Of a stretch of DNA of 64,000 bases, positions 43,115 to 63,844 are shown piece by piece. The notes beneath the pieces are model-generated. The model was not told where the DNA came from and did not search any database. It was given only the letters and a program-made list of their open reading frames with translations. The position numbers and the translations under genes were made by a program. The DNA is from Octopus vulgaris (lineage: Eukaryota): contig OX597829.1 in NCBI GenBank assembly GCA_951406725.2, forward strand, positions 5,580,001 through 5,644,000, written 5' to 3'. Within the stretch, counting starts at the first letter, position 1. Every line of letters starts with the position of its first letter.

Positions 43115-45325
43115 CGAGAAACTGGTCGACAAGGTGCAAACGTGCGCCGTGCCGGGCCGGACCATCCATGACAACTTCCACCTGATGCGCTACATCATAG
43201 ACAGGGTAGTTTACGAACCTGGCATGGGTGGGGCGCTGATCAATTTGGATCAATCGAAAGCTTTCGATAGGGTAGACCATCGATACTTGGAGGCAGTCCT
43301 CAGAGCGGCTGGCTTCGGTCCCGTCTTCCGCGGCTGGATAGCCGCTTTGTACAGAGGCGTCCTTTCGGTAATTCGCGTAAATAGACATCTATCGAGACCT
43401 TTCGACATCGCACGTTCGGTCCGTCAGGGATGCCCCCTCTCGTCGCTTCTATACGTATTGACTCTCGAGCCACTATTGCGGAAGCTGGCAACTCTGAGGG
43501 GCATCCCGCGAGAACTGGGATGCGGGACGAGCGTGTCTGCATACGCGGACGACGTCACCGTCATAGTGTCTAGCCACGAGCACATCGAGCAGGTCGGCGA
43601 GACACTGTAAAACTACGAAGCGGTGACAGGAGCAAAAATCAACCGGGAAAAGTCAGTGGGCTTGCGACTAGGCACCTGGAGAAGCAAGCCCATACCGTCC
43701 ACCAGCGCCTCCGTCGTGGGACGGTCCGGTCGAGTTGCTCGGGGTCTGGTTCGGTCCGGACCTCCAAATGGAGAACTGGAACGAGATAACGAGTAGGGTG
43801 GTCACTCTCGTCCGGCAATGGGCCGAGAGGAAACTGTCCCTAAAAGGTCGGGCGGAGGTGGCGAACACGTACATCGCGTCCGTCATCTACTACCGCCTGA
43901 CCGTCGTGCCTTGTCCCGACCCTACCATCACCAAACTAGAACGCATTCTCTTTCGCTTCTTGTGGAAATGATGCATCCCGATGGTCAGGCGATCCATTTG
44001 CTGTCAACACCCGTTAAAAGGAGGACTGGGCATGCCGTGGTTGATGATGCGCAGACACGCGCTGAGATTGCGACATCTCAGGCTCTTCGTAGACGACGGT
44101 GAACAGGTGTGGTCGCCGTTTGTGAGGCACGCTTTCCCGCAGCTCGTCTCCATGACCGAACTGCAATCGTGGATCAAAAAGAGGCCGAAGAAGGGCGAAT
44201 GGCACCGCGAGTGTCGCGTTGCTCTCAAGCAACTCTGCCGTCCTGGGTCAACCTTGTGTGACTCCATCACAACCAAAGCATTCTATAGGGGATTAGTGGA
44301 GGGGAGGTACGACGACGAGCTCGGTGCGAACCTGGACGTCGACGAGGAATACCTGACCCGCCTGTTCGGGACGACTTTCGGGCCAGGGCCCATGGACAAC
44401 TTCCAGAGATCCCTAGCCTGGCAGTGCTACCGAGAAGCGCTACCCGTTCGGGATAAGCTCTACAGACACGGCTCGAGAAACACGGGGCCGACCTGCCCGA
44501 GATGCGGTCAGAGCGACGAAACCGTTCTGCACGCACTCGTGCAGTGTCCAATAATTTCCGACCTGTGGGCTTATGTCGAACAACTGCTGTCACGTGTGGG
44601 ACGAGTCGGTTTATCAGCTGAGTCTATCGTCAATATTGTCACGCCTCCTTCCTTCAAACGGGAAGGAAGAGCTATTTTCATCATCCTCGTGGCTATGGCG
44701 AAAGAATATATCTGGTGGACGCGTCTGAAAGGATTGGAGACAAACACTTTCCTCTCTGGTCAACCTCTCATCAACTTCTTCAAGTACCACTTGAAAAGGA
44801 AAGTGAGAGTAGAGAGGCAAGTTTTGTCTAGCGAATGTTTTAAAAAAAGATGGGTGATTGTAGCAAGGATGGCACGTATGAATGACGAAGCCACCTTGAG
44901 CTTAATCCTATGAACCCAGAAATTGAAAACAGAGGGTTACCCACTTGCAAACAAATGTGGTAACATATAACAATATTGACCAAGGTTACTGTGGTCTTTT
45001 TCGTAGGCTTTTCTTCCCACGGATAAACCTTACTTGCTTTCCCCTTTACACCATACATCATGACACTGTGATACACGATCCCTATTGATCGTTTTTTTGT
45101 TTTTTTTTCCTCTTCCCCTTTTTTCCTCGTTTTTCTTCCTTTTTCATTTTTCTTTTCTTTTGTTCCTTTTCCCTTTTTTCTTTTTTTCTTTCCCTCTTTT
45201 TTCCTTTTTTTTTACTTTTTTCCCTTTTTTCCATGATCGAAAACCTACGCCACCTTTTTTTTATTTCATCCCCCAAAAGAAAAGCTCTACCTTGTAACTT
45301 GTCCCGTCTGTGTGGCCAATAAAGA
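43113..45325 (+). mobile_element. Young 5'-truncated Tx1/L1-clade LINE (RT + CCHC knuckle + 3'UTR)
   Basis: QTCAVPGRTIHDN, LDQSKAFDRVDH, SVRQGCPLS, AYADDVT, GGLGMP, CPRCGQSDETVLHALVQC. Only two stops (43608, 43969) and one frameshift (~43720). T-rich 3'UTR; AATAAA at 45318-45323. Confidence 0.95.
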
Positions 45326-45329
45326 TACT

Positions 45330-45560
<231 letters not shown>

Positions 45561-45897
45561 CTATGTATCTTTCCACATATGCATGCATACACACACTCGC
45601 ACGCAGGCAAACACAGACGAATACACACATATATGCATACGTGAATAAATATATTTATATTTTTAACACTTCCTTGTCTCTCCGTTGTACAGTAGTACAT
45701 GTGTGTGCTTGTTCTTACGCGTATAACGTGTGTGTGTGAATATGTGTATAATAAATGAGAGAATGCATTCTGAATAAACAACGACAGATAAAAACCGTAT
45801 GCATATACTGAGTGTAGAACCGGACGAGGGACAGACTTAGAGGGTCCCTAATTCTTCATCGGATATCAACCGAATAGTAAAACTCAGTTTCGCATCA

Positions 45898-46238
45898 TCT
45901 CTGTCTATATAAACGGCAGTTTGTCTGTGCGTGTTTCAACCAATTCTGATGAAACTTGACACACACATAGCCCAATGTCATAATTCAAAACTAACGCAGC
46001 GAAAATTTTGGAAAGTTCCCCCAGTTCTGAAAAAAAATCGATAAATTCGACATGGGGTCGAGAATCAGAAACACAAACCACAGACCGTCTAGGGGAAGCA
46101 ACTCCACCTTTTTTTACTCTCAAAAAAAATTTACCATCATTTTTTTCTTTTTTTTGCTATTTTTTGGCTATAACTCTCTAAAAATGCTTTATAGTTATTT
46201 CCCTTACAAACCTGAGCAACGCCGGGCGATACTGCTAG
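45898..46238 (+). mobile_element. Non-autonomous Helitron
   Basis: A|TC..tctatataaa 5' end; 3' end ttatttcccttacaaacctgagcaacgccgggcgatactgCTAG|T is nearly identical to the 41912 element end. Confidence 0.85.
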
Positions 46239-46322
46239 TTAATGATAATAGCGAGAACTTCCCATGCTGGCGGTGCCTGCGGAAGCTGCAGAGCCTCGAT
46301 AGTATTTTATGAATACACACTA

Positions 46323-47080
46323 GGCGTAGGAGTAGCTGTGTGGTAAGTAGCTTGCTAACCAACCACATGGTCCCGGGTTCAGTCCCACTGCGTGGCATCT
46401 TGGGCAAGTGTCTTCTGCTATAGCCCCGAGCCGACCAATGCCTTGTGAGTGGATTTGGTAGACGGAAACTGAAAGAAGCCTGTCGTATATATGTATATAT
46501 ATATATGTATGTGTGTGTGTGTCTATGTTTGTCCCTCCAGCATTGCTTGACAACCGATGCTGGTGTGTTTACGTCCCCGTCTCTTAGCGGTTCGGCAAAA
46601 GAGACCGATAGAATAAGTACTGGGCTTACAAAGAATAAGTCCCGGGGTCGATTTGCTCGACTAAAGGCGGTGCTCCAGCATGGCCGCAGTCAAATGAGCG
46701 AAACAAGTAAAAGAGTAAAAGAGAGAGTAGCGTTGATAAGTGGTAAGAAGCTTCCCAACCACAGGTCGGTGCCACCGTGTGGAATCTTTGGCAAGTGTCT
46801 TCTACTATAACCCAAAACCGACCAAAGCCTTCTGAGTGGATTTGGTAGACGGAAACTTAAAGAAGCCCCTCGTACACACACACATATGTACATGTGTGTA
46901 TGTAAGTGTTCCCCTGACAACCGATGTTGATGTGTTTATCTCTCCGTAAACTTGCGGTTCGGCAAAAGAGACCAATAGAATAAATACTGGTCTTACAAAT
47001 ATGTGTCCTGCGGTTGATTTCTTTAAGGCGGTGCTCCAGAATGGCAGCAGTGAAGTGATTGAAACAAGTAAAACAACGAA
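46323..47080 (+). mobile_element. Two tandem CORE-type SINEs (young 46323-46727, older 46728-47080)
   Basis: Both match 26342-26712 along their length. Confidence 0.9.
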
Positions 47081-47084
47081 AGAA

Positions 47085-54220
<7,136 letters not shown>

Positions 54221-57200
54221 CTGAGGCATTTAGATTTCAAAGTTTCCTGTGCTACATCCACAATCATCAAATTATATCGTTATCATTGGAGTGTTCCTCC
54301 GAAAGCGGGATGATAATTCGATGAAGTTTGTACGTTAGAATAAGAATGCTTAATTTTTAATGTCTTCAGAAAATAATATTTATATTATTGTTTTAAAAGT
54401 AATCACACAAGTTATCAGTAGATGTATAATGAGATTTCATGAAGAAATAGATTTAGTTTGACAATGAGAAATTTATAAAGTGTATCTGTTATTTTTACAT
54501 TATAAAGAAAAATGACTTTGAATATTATAATAATTGTTGGGTTTTATCAAATTGTTTGAGGATAGCCTATCTCAACTTGAGTATAAATTGGAGAAAAGTT
54601 TATGCTTATATACATGATTGGAATGAGTTTAATTATACGCATTTCGTTTCAACAAATAATTGCTTATGATAAGAAGGTATCACTTAATATAATGATATCC
54701 GTTAGTGTAAAAAATTGCGAGTGCAGTCTAGCTGGTAGTATATAACGAATAATAAAAAGATATGAAACTTATATACGTATATTGAACATATAAAAGCGGT
54801 GTGAAAAAGGTAATAAATTTTATAGTTGCGAGTTGCAGTAAAGAAATATATTCAGACTTATAATTTTCAAGGTGTTTCGTTCAATGGTCAAGTGTCAATT
54901 TAGTACAATGTCTCAAAAATCAAAAGTTTAAGGCCTAAGCTCATTTTAATCTGTAGCATATGAGGGGAATATATAAAATAGAGTGATGGTTCAAGTTTAT
55001 GAAGTGATACAGAGTGAAATGTTCATTGAATAATAGTTGAATAGTTGGCATTCTTATTATGTAAATTTAGAGTTGCTACCTGTTATGACAGGTAAAATGT
55101 TTGAAACGTAAGAAAGCTATAAATTTCCAATGTCATCAATTCGTAAAGCATTCAGGATGGCAGCCAAAAGATATATTTTTGCAAAGAGGATTTCGAAGCT
55201 GCCTGTTAACAAACATTTTTATTGCTAAGATTTGTTAAAAGTCAATTTATCAAATCCTTTTTAGGTTGTAATGAATGTTTTTACCTTTTTTTTTCTTTTC
55301 AATTTTAAGTTATTTGAAAGTAATGCGTTAGTAATGCATTGCTACTGTTTTAATTATTAGTTATGTAGGAATACTAATTGAAACTTAATTCGCAGGGTAG
55401 CTAGCAACCGAAGTAGATAGTGAAGTCCCAGGCCGTTAAAGCAGTCCTTGGGAAACATAAGAAGCTTAGAAGACTATTGCAGGGCATAAATAAATTGTTT
55501 CTACTATAGTGTGGCAAATAATATCTTGACGTTTACACTGATAAATATTTGAGTTGATATTGCTTTAACTAATGATGTTGGAGTTAAAGATATGCGAGAC
55601 CATTAGGGATTTTGCATGAAGTTTTATGCAGCAGAGTATATTCCCAAGTCATTTTTATTGAATACTTTACATTATTTTGCGGGTAGAAATATGTTTCTTC
55701 TACAAATTATACATTTTCCCGCTTGGTTTATAGATTGGATTACACTGTACTCTTCAACTTGTTCTTGGTTTATTGATATTTTATGCAGATTATATTTAGT
55801 CTTGAAATACATTGCGGACGTGAATGTAATAACACTGGTCAACAAAATTAAATGTATTATACTCATTATGAATGCAAACCAACTTTTTTAGATTAGTTTT
55901 TTTTATGCCTATTTAAAAAATTCACTCTATTTGTATGCAGCATGTACCAGTTTTTCAGTAGATAAATGCAAATATTTACATATTTGTATATATAAAATCA
56001 TTAATGTAATAAATAAGTACAAATTATACTGAGAAAGTAAATGGGTTTATTGAGTTTAAAATCTTCACTGAATACACAAAAAAAATGGATCAGACAAAAC
56101 ATACAAAGTTAGAACAACAGAGTTAGAAACATTGAGTACAACTTCAAATACATGCTTCATGAAAAATACTTGTTGACCAACGTAATTAGCCGAGCCGCTG
56201 AAAATTAGCTGATTTGCTGAAATGCTTCGATGAAATGAGTTCCGTTAAATTATCATATTCTTGGGGGCGGGTAGAATATTTTTTACACAGCAGAATTTCA
56301 TTCTGTTTTAGTATAAAGAATTAAGTGATTTATTGAGAATTACTCTAATTCTCAATAATTCTAAAAACTTTAAGGTTGTGAAGTTTGAATTACAGAATTT
56401 TAAGCCTTCAGACAAGCAATATATGTTCTTGACCCAATCATTTTGTAGGGGTTGAAATTCTTGAGTGAATGATATACTTCAATTCTATATAAGTGAATGC
56501 GGTTTGAAATTCAATGACATGTATATGATATCGTTAATTTCATTCGAATCTTTGGGGTGTGTGCTAATGATGAACAGAAGGTTGGAGTGTTTTTATCAAA
56601 AATGGCTTGATTTTAGTGGACAATGGTGTTGCGTGCTTCGAGAAGATGTCTTATAGGAGAAAAACGATGTAGTTATGCAACTCTTTGCTGTTGGTTACCA
56701 GTTTCAAAACTGGGTGCATTTGAGAGTAATTGTTCGGAGATAGTAGTTTTTAACATCAAATTACCAGAATTTGAAATAATTCGATTTCTGCGAAGAAGAC
56801 TTGAACAACTGTGTGATAGCTTGTATATTACCTTTTAATGGCAGAGAATGATTACACTCAAGGGTTAACGATTTTCCTTTTCCAAGAATATGTTTATTGC
56901 GAACATCAATGTCGTTTTAGTTGAGTTTATGAACCTAATCGATTGATATTTGTAAGACTTATTCAAGCGATCGTTAAGTGTAAAGTAAAGGTGTCTTGGC
57001 GTAGTCAACTCTGTTCTGTCATCAATTTGTAGATCAGACGCTATTGTCATGGAAGGAATTGTTTTGTCATAGATATTGACGACATTACAATTAGTTTTTG
57101 ATGGGTTTTATTTATAAGGTTTCATAAAATTCTCGGTTTGTCTATTTCACATTGATTTTTAGTCATCTCTGATCAAATGACTATCTCATTGTTTTACTAT

Positions 57201-58669
57201 TTTATTTCAGGTTTTAATTTTTCATCAAAATTTTGCTAATTTTAACAAACAAAAATAGACTGTCTTCAAATGGTTGGAAGATTTATGGTCAGATAAGCAT
57301 TTATTTGTGTTGAATCTGTATCAGAGGCAATGGTTATTCTCCGTTTGCTTACCATAGAACAATGCGTTTCATATCGTTCTTTTAATAAAATAGTTTGCTT
57401 TAAGCAAGAGAGATTTGATATAATATGAGAGTAGGGAAATGAAATGCATTAGTCAAGATCAGCTATTGTTTCAAATGTTTGAGTTACTGTTTCTTAAAAA
57501 CGCCTAACACAAGACAAAGTTATATAATATTTTGATATGTATGTGTGCGCTTGTGTACTTGTGTGTGTGTGTGTGCGTGCGCATGCGTGTTTCAGTATGA
57601 AAGTTTGCTGATTGCAACCAGTAAAAATTGAGTAAAGGACTCAATACCCAGGTAAAATACAGTAGAACACGATACTTTTACCATAGCAGAATTAATTACT
57701 TAGAAGGAAATAGTCTATATGTATGTTTTTGTTTTCCTTAATGGAAGAGAAGCAATGTTAATTTTTAAGTTGGTTTCAAATAATTGCTTTCAATTTAGAC
57801 ACAAGGTCAACAATTTTAAAGGAAGGACTTTAGTCAATGTCAGCTACTCCATTACTCGATCAGTAGAGGAGGAGGAGGAGGAGGAGGACCGCGAAAACGA
57901 GGAGGACTGCTATAAACACGGCAACGTAGAGGAATTATAGGTAAAGGTGATCACAATAGGATATGAACTCAAAATATAAAGAGCAGTAATTAAATACCAC
58001 GAGGTGTTATTTTGTCCGACGCTCTGACGATTCTGCTCACCACCTTGATGTTTTGTAATTATAATTGTTATTATGTTTTAAATTAATTAGTAAGTCCACA
58101 AACAAGCTATTACGGAATTTATGCCGAAATATGTTAGCTGTGCAGTTATTTCGATTTATTTAGGAGTTACTTCGCTTCCAATTTAGTTTACCCCCAACCC
58201 CAACCCCCTGTTCACTTAAAGTTTCCTTATTTATCAATAAAATATTATACATTTCAACGTCAAAATCTAATTCTATACATATTTAAAAGTAAAATTAAAT
58301 TCGAATTAAGCAAAAGAAGCAGTTCTAGATTAAAGTCTTTATCTACATGACATACTTAACGTTTATTGTTGAAATGGCAGAAGCTTTAACCTTTTGAAGA
58401 TGAACTATTTCTATTCGTCATAGTTATAAAGTTTAGAAGAAAAACTAAAAAGATAATTTTGTGTTTCATGGGGTTTTTTTTTACAGCTAATAGCATAGGA
58501 TTACACTTCAGTTATTATATATATCTCAACCCCATTTAACATCCATTTTCTTTCTCCATCCAAAAGCGTTTTGAATGCTTCAGATTTTGTAATGTTATGT
58601 GTGTGTGTGTGTGTGTTAATAACGCTGCTCCAGCATGTCCCCTGGCTGAAACCAGTAAAGGTAAATATA

Positions 58670-58990
58670 GTAGATTATCCAGTTGAGTTGGTTTTCTTTC
58701 AGTGGTGAAGGCTTGTGAAGGACTACCACTCTTCTTCAAAATGCTCATAGGAGAAATATGGTGCCAGTGTTTTCCACAAACATCCCTCAATGAACAGCTT
58801 GCCTGAAACTTTTCTATTAGTTCTGCATTTGCTTCCACCATGGCTAAGAGTCCTATAAACATTTAGCGCCCAACCTACCCTGTTGGCTAAACGCGCACCA
58901 GGACACCAAACCAGAATTTTCCAAATCCTCAGGTTTGTATATCCCTGTAAATGGATGGCCGTTGATTCACCTGGGTTCATCAACCCTTTG
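58670..58990 (-). mobile_element. Decayed RTE-like LINE RT C-terminal remnant
   Basis: LIEKFQASCSLRDVCGKHWHHISPMSILKKSG resembles the RTE motif LERFHxRCLRxIxGIxWxDxIxNxxILxRAG. Confidence 0.4.
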
Positions 58991-59074
58991 ACAGTTCTTG
59001 TTTTTTTTTTTATTCTGCAAGGTTGGTGGTGTTGCTAGCTTAGTAACTAGACAATAGCCATGCTGAGCCAACGT

Positions 59075-59531
59075 TCTCAAGGATCTAGTCGAACAAACTG
59101 TGGTGGTGGTGGGTGGAACAATGACAAACGCATACAGAATCACACATATATGCGCTTATACGACAGGTTTCTTTTAGTTTTTGGCTGCCAAATCCACTCG
59201 CAGAGCTTTGGCTGATTCGGGTCTATAGTAGAAGACACCTGCCCCAAGCGCCATGCAGTGGATAGCATGTGCTTGTCGAGCTACGCCTGTGTATTTATGT
59301 GCACGAGAGTATTTTCTTTTATTATATTTTTTCCCTTATTTATTTCAGTCATTTGATTGCTGGAGCATTGCTTCTAGTCCAAAAAATTGACCCCAGAATT
59401 TATTCTTTGGAAGCTTAGTACTCATTCTATCAGTCTCTTTGCCTAACGGCTAAGTTACGGGGATGTAAACACACCAACATCGATTGTCAAGCGATGGTGG
59501 GGGATAAACACAGACACACAAATATATACAT

Positions 59532-59596
<65 letters not shown>

Positions 59597-60160
59597 GGCG
59601 AGCCAGCAGAATCGTTAGCACGCCGGGCGAAATGCTTAGCGGTATTTCGTCTGCCGCTACGTTCTGAGTTCAAATTCCGCCGAGGTCGACCTTGCCTTTC
59701 ATCCTTCCAGGGTCGATTAAATAAGTACCAGTTACGCACTGGGGTTGATGTAATCGACTTAATCCGTTTGTCTTTCCTTGTTTGTCCTCTCTGTGTTTAG
59801 CCCCTTGTTGGTAGTAAAGAAATAGGTATTTCGTCTGCCGCTATGTTCTCAGTTCAAATTCCGCCGAGATCGACTTTGCCTTTCACCCTTTCGGGGTCGA
59901 TTAAACAAGTACCAGTTACGCACTGGGGTCGATGTAATCGACTTAATCCCTTTGTCTGTCCTTCTTTCTCCCTTCTATATTCAGCCCCTTGTGGACAATA
60001 AAGTATTACACACACACATACGACGGGCTTCTTTCAATTTCCGTCTACCAAATCCACTCACAAGGCTTTGGTCGACCCGAGGCTATAGTAGAAGACACCT
60101 TACCCAAAGTGCCACGTAGTGGAACTAAACCCGGAACCATGTGGTTGAGAAACTTGTTAC
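59075..60160 (-). mobile_element. Two tandem CORE-type SINEs (59075-59290; 59335-60160, the latter split by a Nin SINE)
   Basis: Tail tttcagtcatttgattgctggagc at 59343; head cgacgggcttctttcaatttccgtctacc..ggaaccatgtggttg at 60021-60148. Confidence 0.85.
59594..60004 (+). mobile_element. Dimeric Nin-domain SINE inserted in the (TA)n of a CORE SINE
   Basis: Full unit 59594-59824, then a second unit starting at internal ggtatttcgtctgccgc (59825-60004). Confidence 0.92.
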
Positions 60161-60229
60161 CTCTCACCCAAAATGCACAAATATTCGTGTTAACAATGCA
60201 GAGAGGAAATGAACGACAGGAAACACGAC

Positions 60230-61010
60230 GAAGACAGAAGTAACAAATCCCCACCACTCGACGGACTTGTGGTAACCGCTTATGATCTCACAAAAACTAG
60301 CGAGAACGATGTAATACTACAATTAGAGCTTGCATCGAAGTTCAAATGGAACTTTACAACTTACATACATAAAGCACTACATGAGATCGTGATACTGACA
60401 CGATTTGGAAAAAAACCCCACCGACTTGATGTTATTAGCGATCAACGGAATTGCGGGAGAACGACACAAATTCGAACTCCCAGTTTTTGGACAATGTATA
60501 TCCTGCTATATTCTGCTGCAGTAACTATATTGTGCTGCACCAACAGATAGGAGTAAATGAGACCGATCCAAGTGATTAGTACTGAGCCAAAACGGATTAT
60601 CTCCCTGCTAATTAACATCAACGAACTCAGAAAAAGATAGGACAGTTGGGACACTATCATCAAATGCAAAGAGAAATAAAAATTAACGAATCACCAGCTA
60701 CGACTGCAAGATAGATTCTCCAAATTGTATGGCAACCGCCGCCCAGAAACACTCATAAGCGAACTGATCAGCCATAAACACAATCTACGAAGGTTAAGTT
60801 TAGAAGTCTGTTACTATAAAATACTACATCAACGAAATCTGATCAACCACAATTTTACCCAAAGGCCACAAGCAATATATCGTGGCATGAAAGGAGATAC
60901 CATCAAAGTAGTGAATGCTTACTTCAGGAAGCCTAATGTCATTCTGGTGGGGAATCTGGGATGTGAACGAACACAATTTCGATGCAGCATATCTTGGGAG
61001 AGACCTTTAC
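60230..61010 (+). mobile_element. Decayed R4/Dong N-terminal (pre-RT) fragment
   Basis: HQRNLINHNFTQRPQAIYRGMKG..FW.GIW resembles the QNRLFxxNxKxFY..FWxxIW region at 7750-7870. Confidence 0.55.
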
Positions 61011-61023
61011 ACAATACTCACTT

Positions 61024-61880
61024 CGAGCTGGCAGAATCGTTAGCACGCTGGGTAAAATGCTTAGCAGCTTTTCGTCCGTCTTAAGTTCTGAGTTCTTTTT
61101 CCGTCGAGGTCGATTTTGACTTACATTCTTTCGGGCTCTTTAAAATAAGTACCAGTTGAGCACTTGGGTCCATGTAATCTACTTTCTGAACTTGTACTAA
61201 AATTTGAAACCAATATTTTGTTTTACCATTTGTATTAACTTTGGTTATGGTAACTCAAAATGTATAGAACTCAAAATGTCGCTTATTAGAAAAGCATTGA
61301 AACCATATACTTGATGTTAGATGATCGAATAGAAATACCAAATTCTTGGGTATTTAAAGGAGTTCGTTGAAAAACAAATTAAGCTAATTGGAAGTTTTTT
61401 ACAATGATAATCGAAATCTTTATGAAAGAATGCAAATTTGCAAAGACAATGTTGGCTCATAGATTGGTTTCAAATTTTGGCACAAGGTCAGCATTTCTGG
61501 GTGAGGTGGGTAAATCGATTACATCGACTCCAGTGCTCAAATGGTACTTATTATATCGACTCCGATAGGACGAAAGGCAAGGTCGAGCTCGGCCAATTAT
61601 TAACTCATATATTGAGAAATATATAATTTACGCAGTTTCATTTATTAATGAAAAATTGTTTTCATTATATCTCATTTACTCGGCAGCGAGTTTGCAGAAT
61701 CGTTTTCGCCGGCAGTTCGCCCTTCTTTACCGTCTGAGGCCAAATAACGCTGAGGTCAACTTTGCTTTCATCCTTTAGTGGGGTCAATAAAATAAGTACC
61801 AGTTGAGTAATGGGGTCGATCTCATAGACTTAGCCTCTTCTCCGAAAGTGCCGGCCTTGTGCCAAAATTCGAAACCATTA
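61024..61880. mobile_element. Three diverged Nin-domain SINEs (61024-61215 +, 61465-61610 -, 61682-61880 +)
   Basis: cgagctggcagaatcgttagcacg; aaaataagtaccagttgag; tcgattacatcgactccagtgctc. Confidence 0.8.
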
Positions 61881-61979
61881 TATTTGATTTTCTTTACTTC
61901 TATTTAGAGATTTTAGATTTGTTGTTACTCTATTTACTATTTCTGTCTCTGTCTTTGTCTCGCTCTTTCTTACAGGCAT

Positions 61980-61982
<3 letters not shown>

Positions 61983-62071
<89 letters not shown>

Positions 62072-62075
62072 GCAT

Positions 62076-62111
<36 letters not shown>

Positions 62112-62125
62112 AAACGCACACACAC
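61983..62125. repeat. (CA)n microsatellite
   Basis: Directly visible. Confidence 0.99.
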
Positions 62126-62207
62126 ATGTATGTATGCCTGTATATGCCTGTATGTGCGTATACGTATATTTGTGTGTGCATGTGTGTGTATGCGTGTGTG
62201 AGCATTT

Positions 62208-62436
62208 TTTATCTTTTATTTGTTTCAGTCATTTGACTGCGACCATGCTGGAGCACCGCCTTAAAGGATTTCAGTCCAAGATGTCGACCCCAGGACTGAT
62301 TCTTTGTAAGCCTAACTCCAATTCTAACCCTAACCCTTATCGTCCACTTTTGCCGAACCGCTAAGTTACGGGTACGTAAACAAACCAGAATCGGTTGTCA
62401 AGTGATGGTAGGGGGACAAACACCGACACATACACA
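62208..62436 (-). mobile_element. CORE-type SINE tail half (head half at 63845-64000)
   Basis: tgtttcagtcatttgactgcgaccatgctggagcaccgcc..ggggacaaacac. Confidence 0.85.
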
Positions 62437-62438
62437 TA

Positions 62439-63319
62439 CAGGATATGATGGGTAAATTGGCGTCCTTTTATAATTTAAATTTCGCGCGTGCGCATTCTTT
62501 CTTTTTGATTTTGTTGCCTACACAGTATAGTAGGGTAGGTTGGGCACCGTCTGTGAGAAAAATAGCATCATGACGCAATTCACTCTGCCAGAAATTTGGA
62601 AATGACATACTTTACTGTTTGGCATTCGCGCCGGAAGCTCCAATACAAACATTTCAAAGTGTTTGGGTGTCAATCCGAGGACAATGCAATCTGAGGACAT
62701 GTACTGAGAGTAATAAAAATCAAACAACCAGTCAACATAATGTGGTGTTAGGAGTGATGGCGATGTTATGTCTCCATTCATCTTCCTACACGGCCTCAGA
62801 CTTAATACGGAGGCCTACATCAAGTGCCCGGAGGAGGTAGAGCTGCCTTGGGTCAAGAGAGTGGCTGCTGGAAGAACCTATACCTGGCAACAGGACTCTG
62901 CAACATGCCACATAAGCAGAAGAACCCAGTCATGGCTGTCAGATAATTGCTGCGACCACATCACCCCTAATATCTGGCCATCTAATTCTCCAAATTGCAA
63001 CCCCCTTGATTATTATGTGTGGGCCGCAGTTGAGACAGAGATCAACAAAATTCCTAGGAATACCAAAGATGAACTAAAGGTAAGGGTTATGGCAGCATTC
63101 ACCAACTTAAACAAGGAGACCATCCATAAGAGTTGCAGGAGATTCCGAAGTCGTCTGGAGGCTGTGGTTGAAGGCAGTGGTGATTTTGTTGAATAAATTT
63201 ACTCTTTAGTATTTCAAGATGTTTTCATGTAATTTTGGTAAAGGAATCTGTTGCAATGAGATGGCAATGTTATTTTCATTTTTGCGTAATTTAGACGATA
63301 ATATATTCATCGCGCCTTG
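62439..63319 (+). mobile_element. Internally deleted maT (DD37D) Tc1/mariner transposon
   Basis: WQQDSATCH-(37 aa)-WPSNSPNCNPLDYYVW..CRRFRSRLEAVV. Imperfect TIRs caggatatgatgggtaaattggcgtc / gacgataatatattcatcgcgccttg, with TA on both sides. Confidence 0.9.
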
Positions 63320-63397
<78 letters not shown>

Positions 63398-63399
<2 letters not shown>

Positions 63400-63796
63400 T
63401 AGGAGTGGCTGTGTGGTAAGTAGCTTGCTAACCAACCTTATGGTTCCGGGTTCAGTCCCACTGCGTGGCATCTGGGCAAGTGTCTTCTGCTATAGCTCCG
63501 GGCCGACCAAAACCTTGTGAGTGGATTTGGTAGGCGGAAACTGAAAGAAGCCTGTCGTATATATGTATATGTATATAAGTGTGTGTTTATATGTTTGTGT
63601 GTCTGTGTTTGTCCCCATAGCATTGCTTGACAACCAATGCTGGTGTGTTTATGTCACTTAGCGGTTCGGCAAAAAGAGACCGATAGAATAAGTACTGGGC
63701 TTACAAAGAATAAGTCCCGGTGTTGAGTTGCTCGACTAAAGGAGGTGCTCCAGCATGGCCGCAGTCAAATGACTGAAACAAGTAAAAGAGTAAAAG

Positions 63797-63797
<1 letters not shown>
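63398..63797 (+). mobile_element. CORE-type SINE
   Basis: Near-identical to 46323-46727. Confidence 0.92.
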
Positions 63798-63830
<33 letters not shown>

Positions 63831-63844
63831 TTGTGTGTGTGTAT

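Noticed and set aside
43134-44913. Functional or domesticated RT gene
   Set aside because: 5'-truncated within RT, with two in-frame stops and a frameshift; an ordinary dead-on-arrival insertion.
55418-55465. SECIS-like GTGAA..AAA stem-loop in the duplicated segment
   Set aside because: No GA in register on the 3' side for the non-Watson-Crick quartet, and no selenoprotein ORF nearby.
54230-57530. Conserved miRNA (e.g. miR-10) or homeobox exon, suggested by the Hox-type motifs
   Set aside because: I could not recognise a mature miRNA sequence or homeodomain peptide by eye; a miRBase/tblastn search would be needed to exclude them.
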